Source of the DNA: Perkinsus chesapeaki ATCC PRA-425
Lineage: Eukaryota > Protista > Perkinsozoa
Length of the DNA: 46,069 nt
Direction: 5' to 3'
Assembly (NCBI GenBank): GCA_013115145.1
Contig: JAAPAO010000259.1
Span: forward strand, 1 to 46,069
The position numbers and the translations under genes are program-made. The notes under the pieces are model-generated. The model had not been told where the DNA came from. It did not search any database and worked only from the letters and a program-made list of their open reading frames with translations. Positions 20,801 through 32,076 of the stretch are shown one piece after another (position 1 is the first letter of the stretch; the number at the start of each line of letters is the position of its first letter).

Positions 20801-21298
20801 TGTAGGCCCATAATTGCGAGTCCTAACGAACATCTCAAAAGCTTATGAATAGCTCCCGGTGAGTTGCCAGGCAACTGTTGCCTCACGTCCATGCTCTGCA
20901 GTGAGTTGTCGTGCATTAGAGTACGTACCACGGAAGAGAACCCGACTGGGGTTCTCACAACGAACGTGTACATTCGCAATTGGAGCCCGCCCTTTCCTAA
21001 TCACCTAAGCGCGGGGCCGTTTCATGAGCTGCGTGAAACTAGCCAAACCTGATAAATTGTGCTTGACAGTCGAGTCTCGGACTTCAGGCCGGACAGAGGG
21101 TTTTGCGATATTGTGGGTTGATCTTATCTTTGGCTGCGTCGTCTCCCACTCGTGTTCGAGCAGTGACTCCTATCCACCCCAAATTAGGGGTACATCTTCT
21201 CTAGCTTTGAGCTTGAGTTTTATGACGGTAACTACAACGCATCCAATCTAGGACAAGAGTTGATGAATTCTTCAGACTTCTCCCTTCCCTTTTCGACC

Positions 21299-22096
21299 AT
21301 GGCTGCTACTCGTATCATCATCTTTGGTTCACTATTCGTTGCTTTGCAAGCATCCTCACCATTTGGGTTGCGAGGCATGTATTGCACTGATGACTTCACC
21401 TCCCCTGGAGGAATGAGACTGGTCATGTCGTTTACAGAGTATAGTTATGAGCCTGGCTCAGAGGCCCAACCTAGAACGTTTGCAATTGGAGACGTACTTC
21501 TTTACGGGCTTGGAAAGAACATGTCTGTTGTTAGCCACAAGACTCATTACTCTACCACGACCCCACAAGGGCCTAATGAGCCTAACCTAGGCTTATCGGC
21601 TGATGTTAGGAGCTTTTCTGATGCTATTGGAGCTGATGAAACCTTTCTACAACCTGGAGGAATATATGAGTATTCGACCGACGTTGCGACATTCGGTATT
21701 GGGTCGACGAAGGAGACTAAGCTCGACTATGAGTCCTGCTACATTATCTTGGGGAACGAGAATTTCTGCTCCTCTTCCAGGAAGCTAAAGTTGAGGTTCG
21801 GCGTTAATCCCGCGGGTGACATAGTAGAGAGGAGGCTGACCATCCTTCATAATGATGAAGTTCTGACTACTCTCGAGTATGGGTTCAATGGTACGTCATA
21901 TCCATTTCGACTCTCACTCGTTAAAAATAAACCCCGACAGTTCGATAAGCTACTCACGCTCATGGATAGAGGCACACCAGCTTCCACTGAGAACTTCTGG
22001 ATGAATGGTGAAGCACTTGCTTACGATCCCATTAGGTCGGAAGTAAAGCTCTCTATTGGAGGTGGAATGAAGGACGATGTTTTTACTCTATGTTGA
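21299..22096 (+). CDS. Lineage-specific secreted hypothetical protein (265 aa, intronless)
   Basis: Longest local ORF. ATG at 21299 gives a signal-peptide-like MAATRIIIFGSLFVALQASS followed by GMYC. A pyrimidine-rich AG lies 24 nt upstream. Confidence 0.75.
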   Translation: MAATRIIIFGSLFVALQASSPFGLRGMYCTDDFTSPGGMRLVMSFTEYSYEPGSEAQPRTFAIGDVLLYGLGKNMSVVSHKTHYSTTTPQGPNEPNLGLSADVRSFSDAIGADETFLQPGGIYEYSTDVATFGIGSTKETKLDYESCYIILGNENFCSSSRKLKLRFGVNPAGDIVERRLTILHNDEVLTTLEYGFNGTSYPFRLSLVKNKPRQFDKLLTLMDRGTPASTENFWMNGEALAYDPIRSEVKLSIGGGMKDDVFTLC

Positions 22097-23174
22097 TTTT
22101 TACAAGTTGGATGGAGGTGTTGTATGTTGGCGAATATCCAGAGGGACTCTCACAACTTTTTTCTCATAAATTACATGTGTGGGTTCTGAAGACTAATAAA
22201 TCTATTGGTTCAAAGCTAAGTTGCCTTAGCTAACCCCTCCCACTACTGAGGCTTATTATTATATCCCGATAGTACGAATGAAGATGCTATCTCCCAGACA
22301 AGTGTTTGACTTTAGTTTTGAGTTCACACGAGTAGTTATTGTCCATTAGTAATGTACAGTAAATCCCGAAGGATCCCCTCTTGCTGGAGTCTTTCGACAA
22401 CGAGCTAGATCAAGACTTACTATTCCGGCTTCCAGAGTTATGTTTTCTAGATAGCCGATCACACTGCCGAAGACTGCCAACACGAGCTCATAAAGGCTTG
22501 CATCTTCAACGAAGATCTACCTTTTTCCTGACGTTTGAGCCTGATTCGAAACTCACGAACTTGTCAGTTGTTCGATTCCCCCTGGATAAGTTGGCCTCGT
22601 AAGTGAATTTTCCATCTGCAAGTTCGTTCTATTCAAAAAAGAGAATTACGGAAGCTTCAATATCCCCTCTGACAGGAGGCCTCTGTACTAAAAGTGCTCA
22701 CAGGACTCCGTAATAGACTCAACTAGAGTCCCTAGTCTAGGGGGGCATCATCGCCTGTGCCGCGGGGAGAAGACAAAAGCAGCCGCCACGCAGAGCGATC
22801 GAGCGCTCTCCTGGCGAACGTGTCGAAACGCGTATGTAGCAAGTTCTCTGTTGTAGGGTTGCAACACAAGTAGACAGGTAGGGATCCGAGTCCCACTCGA
22901 ACTGTACTTCCAAACACTTGTGCTCTACAATCCAGTTTGTACTTCATACAACCAAACGCGACAGACAGTAATGAAAAAGGACTGAAATACTCACGGTTCG
23001 ATCCGCACTGAGGAGGTTTACTACTAAAACTATATATGGAGCAATAAAGCACTCCTTATATGGCGGCACCGACTATACGATTCGTGATCTATAGATCTAT
23101 TGTGAGTCATGGATTTCTCGTGACATAGAGTGGAGCCCATGTCGCATAACGGTAAAGTGGTGGCATCAAAGAGA

Positions 23175-25411
23175 TCACAGCAGAATCCGCGGTCTGGCAA
23201 TGCCAGGTTCGGAACCCAACGTGGTATCAGTAGCTTTAAGCCATGACTGCACAGTTACCACTGTCTTAGTAAGCACTTCCCTGAAGTAGCAGTAGAAGGT
23301 GGAAGGTTGGAGAAAGAAAACTCACTTCACTCCTGGAAGTTCCGTTGACCCACGCTTTGTCCAAAAACAATGGCTTGCTTTAGGAACCTGAACGATATTA
23401 AATATATTCACAGTAATTTTCATTTTTTTATTCTTTGAATTTTCATGATAAGCTGTATCGCTTACGACGGCTAAGAGCTAAAAGCAATAACATAACATCT
23501 CATATGTGTTTCTCACCTCATATTTTATAACACCCACCACAGAAGTGTCAACTTCACCTGCGGCCTTCCAAGGATCCATTTGTCCAAGAATGACGACAAT
23601 ATTTCCAGTCTTCTTCAAACTCCTGCCGCCGAAATCTTTCATCGTCTCAGCTATCTTCTTCTTAATCTGAAACGACAGCTTCTTTCATTGCCACAAAAAA
23701 CGCGTGTCACATCAGATTGGGACAATCCGAATGCATCTTGACAAAGTGCTTGCTTGATCGCCAGTAGCGCTGGGCTTTGTACAAATGGGCAGTTGCTACC
23801 GAGGTTACATGAGATAAAAAGAACCCATTGTGTACAAATCTGAAACTCCTGAAATCTTCTCTGATCGATATTAGACCTCTCCTTCAACCTAGAATAAGAA
23901 TAGATGGTCTGCTATGCCGGCAACTCGTCATTTGATAGCTCTTACCATGATATGTACGTGCTGTAGCTTTGCAGCTTCTTGGGTTGTTCTAGCTGGGTAC
24001 CAATGCGAGTGAAAACTTTTAGGGCATTTTCCCTACAAGTAGTCCGAGTGTAAAATCCTATTCGAGCTGGTGACGTGTGTTTACTCCGATGATACATCAC
24101 TGCTGGCAACAAACTTGCATTTCTTCTCGATGTTGCATAGGTCCTTCGAACAAAATGGATTATTAGACTGAGTCCCGTTTAAATCTGTAGATCGATCTAA
24201 CCTGAATAACGAAAAATCGAGACTAACAATCAGATAGATACCGTCGAGGTTGGTGAATGGATGGCTTAAAGCTTACCAGAGCTGCCTTGTCCTAGCATCT
24301 TCCAAGTAGTTTCCTCGGAGACCAAAAACTGTTTCAAGTTCACGCCGTCCAGCAAGAGTGGATAGCTTTGCTTTTATAATACCGCTTGCTCTCTTTATCT
24401 GGTAGTGAATGTGGAAAACGCAGAAATAGGTCTGTAGACCTATTACGAATGCAAGACATGCTGGACTGCCTCCGACGCTTGGCTGAGCAAACGCAGCTCC
24501 GACCGCATCTTGATATCTACAAAAAGTGATCCAGCAAATGGAAGTGTGTTGTTAGAGTTACTCAGGGAAATCATATTTAAGATCTATCACGGGGCAGCTT
24601 GCTATAGCACCTAGGAAGAGATCAGGGTGTTGAACACGCGCCCATGCTGCAAGGCTCTGAGGGAAGGGACAAGCGCTTGACTTGCTGGCATACGATAGTA
24701 GAGAATACCCCGGCATAGCTGCAGCCCATCAAAACAAACTTGGGGCCCGTTAGAGCATACTTCTTGACTAGATACTCTCGAAACGTAACGATATCAGCGA
24801 TCGACTGTTTGATCGTGAGGAGTTTATTAAGATCACTTGTTGTTGGGGAGGTTGATGGCAAAGATTGTCCATAGAACCTGCAATAACGACGATGAAACAG
24901 GATGATAGAGTGCAATAACGACGATGATAACGGCGAGGAAAAGTTGCAAAAGCTAGCGTCGTCGACTTGTACGATGGGATTCCCACCTGTGCTCCAGAGA
25001 AGCTACAATGCTTTTAGTGTTGAATCCGAGATGGAATACATCCAAAGGAAAGTCGGACATCTCTTTTTCACCGGCTTCACCTCGTATGTGTATGATGACT
25101 AGCTAAAACACTAACAGTAAGACCGTTGCTGTAGATCATAAGCTGTATGCCGCCTCATGCCATTCTATAGTTTGCCACACACCTGGGATTTCGCAGTCGT
25201 CACGAATTTATCGGAGTAGATGTATCGTTGTTTGAAAGTACCTGTGCAAAGGCGGGAATATAGGATATCTCATTCGAGTCAGCAAAGGAGTGAAGTTACC
25301 AGATCCTCCGAAATGGTCGACAAGCTGGTCGAAGACTAGCGATGGAACTCCCGAGCAATATGGGAGTAAAAGCAAGGACAGGAGCACATGAGAAGCGTGG
25401 ATATGGATCAT
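23175..25411 (-). CDS. Serine carboxypeptidase S28 family (prolyl carboxypeptidase/DPP-II/thymus-specific serine protease-like)
   Basis: Spliced product: signal peptide, FDQLVDHF..TFKQRY, IRGEAG, SLEHR|FYGQS, LTIKQSIADI, GCSYAG (nucleophile Ser), AWAR..HPDL..GAIAS, GQMDPW (Asp) and KASHC (His). Stop at 23175. Confidence 0.92.
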
Positions 25412-25811
25412 TTTATAGAGGTAAAGACTCCGAAACAAAATAGATATAAATTTGCATATGCATCGGAGATGGAGACGCTCCGTCTACAGATTCCTGCGGG
25501 ACCGTGGCTCGCGCGGGATCTCGTATTCCATCTCTTCTCATCCGACAACCGTCGTTGGTCGGGTGTGTTCAGAGCAGTCTCGGTGATCAAGTGAGATCGT
25601 CCAGAACTGAGTTCCGAGAACTCTTACCTTCAACAGAGAAATGTAGACGAGTTGAGTCACTCAACTTGAGTGCGCCATGAAGGATGCAGTCACGGGCCAT
25701 GACTCCATACATGATGCTGTGCGGGTGGCGCAAGTTGGCATGAAACGACAGTGTGTGTGCAGCACAAGGTGTCCTGCACAACAGTAGTTGTGATGCGCTC
25801 GGAACTCGAAG

Positions 25812-26370
25812 GTGACAATTAAAGATAAAGACTGTATACTGTATATCAAAAGGATAATCCAAAAGGCGGCAAAACGAGTTCGAGCCCAAGAATACCAACG
25901 ATCGCGTTGGAGCGCTAGAGGTCTCGTCGGTTTTTATGTGTTACAGGTATTCTGTTTGTTCGTGGATCGTCTATTCGATACCCCGTATTTCCGCGAGCAA
26001 GGCCCCTCGGCCTTACGTGCAGTGTGAATGCTTGAGAGTGCTTGCAGTGCGTTGTGTGGACCATCAAGAGCGGTGCTTTTTTACAACTCTTATCTGGGCA
26101 CTCTCCTCTGTTAAACGCCTATGGGTATCTGCCCAGCATCAATGTCGCGGTTCATGATTTGAACTGTAACCACTGTGGAGTAAAAGATGATAGCTCACAC
26201 TTACTGCTCGATTGTAAGCGACCGGACCGGTCACGTTTTGTGGACGAGAACGGAACTCGAGCAGATAACAATCTGTGTGAAGCGATGTGCAGCGGTTGCC
26301 AGCTTTTGTGAGAAAATATTTTTAGACACTTGCAGGATGGAGGTTGAGAGCATTGAACAGCCTTACTGAG
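25812..26370 (+). mobile_element. Decayed 3' end of a non-LTR retrotransposon (LINE) ORF2 with CCHC-type knuckle
   Basis: FLQLLSGHSPLLNAYGYL..CNHCGVKDDSSHLLLDC matches the LINE C-terminal pattern QLxSGH..YL..CxxC..HxLxxC. It is preceded in another frame by IKRIIQKAAKRVRAQEYQRSRWSARG, with intervening stops/frameshifts. Confidence 0.55.
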
Positions 26371-26611
26371 CTCATTGCTCAGCCTAATCGAGTGAAGCTG
26401 TGTGGCAAGACTGAATACTTCGAGTCCTAGAGATGAAGCTTGTGGTCTCGCACCTTGGGAGCCATTGTGTTATGGTAGTTGTACACAGGCCCTTGGATGC
26501 GTAAGTGAATTCTGCTAGGAGGAGTAGGATCTCTTGAGACTAGCTACATTCGTTTTTGGTAAACCCTACAGTGACAATAACAGTATAAGTATTAAACTGT
26601 TGCTCGTAAGC

Positions 26612-27138
26612 TGCACATAGAATGGATAGTCTAACTAAGCCAATTTCGGCGTTGGACTATGAACTCACGTACACGACCCTCGGCCAACGGCGCGATGTAC
26701 GGCTCCAAGGCCGCTCTGCGGATAGCCCAGGCGATGTGTGTAGAAACACTCTGTCATCATCCATAGTTCGTCCAGTTGTAGGCGCTGTGCCTGATATCTG
26801 TGCTCGCATTAGTCGTTATTCCTCCCATTTCCTAATCAGTAACCAAAACATCCCCGAAGCGCTAGAGTTGTCACTGGGAAGTCACTTGTAGCATCTTGTG
26901 GCTCTAAGCCCAGTATCACTTTTAACAAGCAAAAACTTGTTAAGACTCTAACACTTTAAACCCGAATGATACCCCATCACATCGCAGGATGAAGCGCATG
27001 TATCGTCAGTTAAGGTTCTCCTAGAGGTTTGCTCTGCCATGGTTTACTCATCAGGAGATCAGGAGAATAGTAACTTATATACGCTTTTGTTCAGTAGAGT
27101 CTCAGCTAATGTGTGAGTGAGTGTATAGTCCAACGCCG
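26612..27138. mobile_element. Possible MITE-like element with ~22-bp terminal inverted repeats
   Basis: 26647-26668 cggcgttggactatgaactcac versus the reverse complement of 27117-27138 match 20/22. The left-end 56 bp recurs at 40811-40866 (50/56). No TSD was found. Confidence 0.35.
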
Positions 27139-27179
27139 GATATGACATAGTCGGACTATGCATGCTCCATTATAGCGAT

Positions 27180-27224
27180 TTGTCCTCAATTGCAGTCGGG
27201 AATCCCGACTGCAATTGAGGACAA
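27180..27224. repeat. Perfect inverted repeat (22-bp stem, 1-nt loop)
   Basis: ttgtcctcaattgcagtcggga-a-tcccgactgcaattgaggacaa. Confidence 0.95.
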
Positions 27225-27402
27225 TTGAATCCCGACTCGGGATGTTTTGCACAATGATTGTTCCACCGTTTCAGACTCTCTATGGCGTGCGTTAAGAATC
27301 CAGTGGCATGGAGGCGTAACTATCAAATCAATGAAGAGGCCAAAGTAAATTAGTCGGCTTGACTGAATTGCTACAATCGATTTATTTCTCAGCTTCTTCA
27401 TC

Positions 27403-27774
27403 ATGCGCATTCTCGCTCTCATCTTCCTCTATTGCGTGTCGACTACAACAGTCTATGGCCAAGGCTGCAAGTATTCCCATGAGTACTGCAAGACTATGAC
27501 TGGAGACTCCAAAGCCATTTGTAACAATGGGCATGGGACTTGTCAAATTCAAGGCCTCCAAGTCCCTGTGCCCTGTAGCTGCTCACAAAGCTCGGCTCCG
27601 CCTACCACTGCTCCTCCACCACCTACTACTACTGCCCCCCCCACCGCCTACCACTGCACCTCCACCACCACCACCTACTACTGCCCCCCCACCGCCTACC
27701 ACTGCTGCTCCTCCTACGACTGGTCCTACCCCTCCACCTCCAACATTCACCCCTCCATAGATCGACAGATATGA
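27403..27774 (+). CDS. Secreted Cys-module + Pro/Thr-rich (extensin-like) protein, paralog of the 16402 gene N-terminus; +1 frameshift in a C-run
   Basis: MRILALIFLYCVSTTTVYGQGCKYSHEYCKTMTGDSKAICNNGHGTCQIQG..VPCSC aligns with MHIFALLSLYCVSTSRRVSGQGCSDAHDLCKTITGNSLAICNNGQGYCQIQG..VPCSC. An 8-C run at 27635-27642 shifts the frame. The PPPPTTA frame continues to a stop at 27760. Confidence 0.8.
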   Translation: MRILALIFLYCVSTTTVYGQGCKYSHEYCKTMTGDSKAICNNGHGTCQIQGLQVPVPCSCSQSSAPPTTAPPPPTTTAPPTAYHCTSTTTTYYCPPTAYHCCSSYDWSYPSTSNIHPSIDRQI

Positions 27775-30050
27775 TGATATGACAATGACAGTAGAAGTGT
27801 TTTGATAGTCTTCATTATAACTTATCTGACGTGTTGTGTATCAAGTTATGATATCGGAGATCTTCCCTAGATCCACAATTCGAACAGCGTCCTCCCTAAC
27901 ACGCACAAAAAGCAAGTTATCATTGTATGTCGACAGAACGAGTGAATATGGAAATTCAAGGAAATCTCAAGTGAATTAAATTCCTCAGTTGGACTTCAGT
28001 TCTGACTTCACACGGCTGATCATAGTTTTTGGTAATGTATAGTAGATTCCAATGCATCCTTTCCAGATGGAGTCTTTCGACAACAAATTAGCGATTACTA
28101 TTCCGGGCCGGAATTTGCGGCTTCCCAGTGGTCATTTTTTAAATAGCTGAATACGCGATTGGAAAGACATTGATTCGATCAATTCATCCACTTGTACATC
28201 AAGTTGTACAGTACAATTGTACATCAATTTATCCACTTGTGGTTTTTCTCTGCCGATGGATAGTGTCTTCGGCAGTTGTCTCAAGAACAAGAAAAATGCA
28301 ATGACAAGTGTTATACCGCATTCACGAGAATCTCGCCTGGGAGGATTCAATGAGGTGAAGCTCCGAGAATATGACTGATTCACACACTGCTGAATCAGAA
28401 CATTGTGGACTCGAGTGCTGGTATTGTGCGAACAGAGCCTGATTCTCGTCAGCGAATGCTTAAACGAGCTAACACAGACGTGCAGCTCCGACGAAGAGTT
28501 GTTCGAGTCCAGCGTTTAGGGATTTCTTTCTTGAGCCTGCATAATTTCACATTCACGGGCTCACTGTATCAAGTTGATGCTGTCGCCTAGTTCCGGTGGG
28601 CCTCATTTACTGGCTTGAAATTGGAAATTTTTCCGTGAGAAGCTCGATGAGAAAAGAGCTTTAGAGAAGATTAACAATCCCACGTGTAATAGGAGCGTGA
28701 GATTGTTAATTATCGCCCTTTTAGTCTTATTAGTGGTAGTAGGTACGACCGAAGCCAGATGATGTCAAGAATAATCGAAAATTAGAACACTCCTCCCTCT
28801 ACATGAGGAGACAAGCGTCAATGAAGAATCGACAAGAGAGGAAAGGAAAGCCCCAATTTATTGAATTCTTTTCTGTCCCATAAACTAACTACTTAGACTA
28901 ACTACCATATGCACTCCACGAACAATGTTGCTTTGCTTGCATGTCATATCACTGCTTCATATTCCTTTGATATTGGACTGCATTCTACTCTAGCAACTGC
29001 ATTACTGTACTCTGCTCGCCACTTGCGAGTTTTCACTTAACCCCACAAACCATTGAAATTCGCAAGTGGGCTCACATAAGATTTTCCTAAGCAGTAATTT
29101 GGATCTCTCTTTACCGCGGTTACGTGGTATGAAGACTTGATACTCTCCAACGTAATATTTGATACTCTTCACTTAGCATACTTTTTATTTGTTATTTTTT
29201 GATAGAGTTCATCGTTAGTTATCTCATCACTGTCCATTAATAATCCGTCTTCGTACTTTTCAATTCCCTATGCTTGTATATTTTTATAATGTAGTGCTTG
29301 TAAGCTGCTAGAATCTTTCAGTGCCCGATAGTCACGACCTTGCAAGTTGCGCGAGATAAGTCTTAAGTGCTCTTGTATTTGCGGAACATTACGATTTCTT
29401 ACCTCAACCGGACTAGTTACCCCCTCCACCCCGATTACGGTCTTCACGTTTCCCCGGAATGCCGCAAACGCGCGCATACCTGAGTCACGTGAGGTGACCA
29501 TCTGTAAGCGCGTGCCCTCCAATACAATACGTTGATTGCTGCGTGCGTTCGAAAACGGTGCGAATAGTTCGCCACAAGGTTCCTGACGCAGTACTTTCCA
29601 TCGTTCGCTGGTTTTAGCAAATGCAATAATGCTTTCTCAGTCGTGACTCACTCCCTATTTCTGTTAGTCGTGTCTCTATGCTGTTGAAACGGGCGATAGT
29701 GCCTATAAAATCTATAGGCTCGACTCGGCTCTCATATATCATAACGAGCTAGTCTATTTCGTAAACCTTACATATATGAGATGAGTAGATGGCAGCTACT
29801 ACCTCTCAGACCAACGTGTGGAGACTAATGATGGGGCATTTGCTCTATTACATGCATAAACAAAGGGCGTACGTACAGAACTGTGACAGCAGAATTGTCT
29901 ACTTTTCTATTCATGTGGGAATGACTGCCCAGACTATTAGGAGACTATATCAGGACAATCCCCAAGGAGGATTCCCCATGGTGTACTGTAACTGTTCGCG
30001 GATATGCTTGCGAACATGACAAGAGTCCGCGATCGTCTTTTGATTTTGTA

Positions 30051-30122
30051 ACTTTTTAGCTCAGCACGTTAGGACCCCTGTTTTTCACTCATCTGACCCA
30101 GGTTCGAATACCAGAAAATGAC
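30051..30122 (+). pseudogene. tRNA-Glu(TTC) pseudogene followed by T5
   Basis: GTTAGGAccCCTGtTTTTCACtCAtcTGaCCCaGGTTCGAaTaCCaG aligns with eukaryotic tRNA-Glu GTTAGGATTCCTGGTTTTCACCCAGGTGGCCCGGGTTCGACTCCCGG. The anticodon and T stems are broken. TTTTT at 30124-30128. Confidence 0.7.
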
Positions 30123-30179
30123 ATTTTTGAAGCATTTTTAATTCTTATAACTCCAGTTTCTCCCGCCTTATCAATTTTA

Positions 30180-32076
30180 ATGGATGATATTCCCAACGCC
30201 ACCGAGAGACCTCGACGAGATTCTAAAGTTAAATTCGATGAGCATGTCCTTGCCGAACACGACAAGCTGAGGTACTAAATCGGTCATCCTTTCGACTCGT
30301 CTTCGGGCATTAGAATTTTCTCAACAGGGAGGCATTCGAGGCTGATTCTAGAACACAAAATCGATTCTGGAAAATGTTCTCATTTAGCATTCTCCCATGC
30401 AAGGCTCCTCTTCGAGCTGCTCCGTACTACCATTGACTGGTAGGGAGATCTAAGAAAGTGTACTCTTCACAAAAGTGGCGGCCCGTCAATTCTTCGTGAC
30501 CGAATCCTCTGGTATTATATTCCTTCTCGATTCGGGTATTGTTTTCGCGGAAATAATTTCTCCCTAGTCTATCTTCCGGGCGGTTCGAAAGAGAGACCCA
30601 CAAACGAGCGGCGCCCGTGCCGATGGTCTTAATCAAACCAGAGCGACGTATCGGGCATTGTCGAACCTATACTATTGGTGCCGCTGGCGAATCTGACAAT
30701 CTCGGTTTCGGTATTTCTCGAGGGAATTTTCAGAAGTAGAAATCTTTATATCAAGAAATATAATTATTATGTAATTAAAGTATCACAACTAGGCCTTCTC
30801 GAAGAAGGTGCTGAGATCTCGCGCTCCTGACGAGTACGTGGAGAGTAATTTTATTATTTCGCCTATCGTAACTAAGTTATTGATTATCAACTATATCCAC
30901 TACAGTATACTGTTGAGGTTGAAATAATAATAGAAGTCAATTTAAGTTATTTGATTACAACTTGTAAATCTATCAGAACTGGTTTCCTACTGTCTGACAT
31001 TTCTCGTCTCAGAGGTACTCGAATGACGATAAACGAGCCGGATACCCCCTTCATAAAGGAAGTGCTGCACGATAGCGAGGAGGAAGATACGCCTGCGCAC
31101 TGTGAAGAATTTGGGGATGCCCTGGCCGATAAGCTAACAAAGCTGAATGTTAATGAAGATGGCACGGTAGCAGCGGGGAATCAAAGGCACCACGGGGCGG
31201 GTTTAATGGGACTTCACTAAACTACATCGTTTATTAATCGATCATCGGTAAAGGTGAAAATTTCTATCGAAGGTGGATTCCTTGAAGTTTGGTAATAGTT
31301 TGGCCCTGAACCCCTAGAAATATATAGGTCTGGGCGCTGCTTCCGAATGTCGCCTGATGGAGTGATATTGAAACCTGCAACTGTTTCGGTTTTTTGAAAT
31401 CGCTCGTTCAGGCTGCTCGAGGTGATAATGAAAATGATGGGGAGAAGTCTCGGAAGGCATTCGAACAGAAGAGGAAGAATCACTATAATGAGTTCAAGGT
31501 GGCGATCGGACAGTTTCAAAATCGATCGGTTTGTATAATAATGCATTGTCAAGTCATTGGGAACCGCTAGCCGACCTCTTCCTTATCAAGCTTGTCTGGC
31601 AGTGCATCTGGGGGGTGTCGTAGAGGAAAGGCAAATGCTAGGTGCAGAAGGAGTGCGTTTAATTTGTAATTTTGGGTTTGTTACTGAAGTTAGAAGGTTA
31701 CCTTCCAAGGTAGTTGGGAATATATCTTCCATACTAGATCATCACCGGATTATGTTTTGGTTAAGCTAGAGTGATTCCTGTCGGAGCAAGACTTCTATCT
31801 CTTTGGGAAATTTCCAGTCTCTGGTCGATGCCCAGTGGGCTGCTTAAAATCCCGACAACTTGGGAGATTGAGCGGAGTGTGAGGCAGGCACTTTGATGTA
31901 CGGTCATCGCAGGAGATAGCTAAAACTATACTGTCACAGTGCTTCTGTGGTCCACAGTCGGTGGAATATTTCGCAGCTTCCTGGAGCCTAGGGAGTTGAT
32001 GATCAATACGGTATTTTATCAGGCAATGAAGGCACTTGGAGACGGCAGCGTCGAGGTTGAAGAAGACGACGAGTGA
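30180..32076 (+). CDS. PPP1R2: Protein phosphatase 1 inhibitor-2 (IPP-2/Glc8 family)
   Basis: Exons 30180-30271, 31013-31166, 31412-31498 and 32023-32076 splice in phase to MDDIP..SKVKFDEHVLAEHDKLR|GTRMTINEPDTPF..DALADKL..|..FEQKRKNHYNEFK|AMKALG..EEDDE*. This contains the I-2 motifs IxEPxTP and KRKxHYNE. Confidence 0.9.

Noticed and set aside
29789-30019. HVGMTAQTIRRL resembling a GIY-YIG (Penelope) endonuclease motif
   Set aside because: Lacks the GIY/VY strand spacing and the RxxEH motif.
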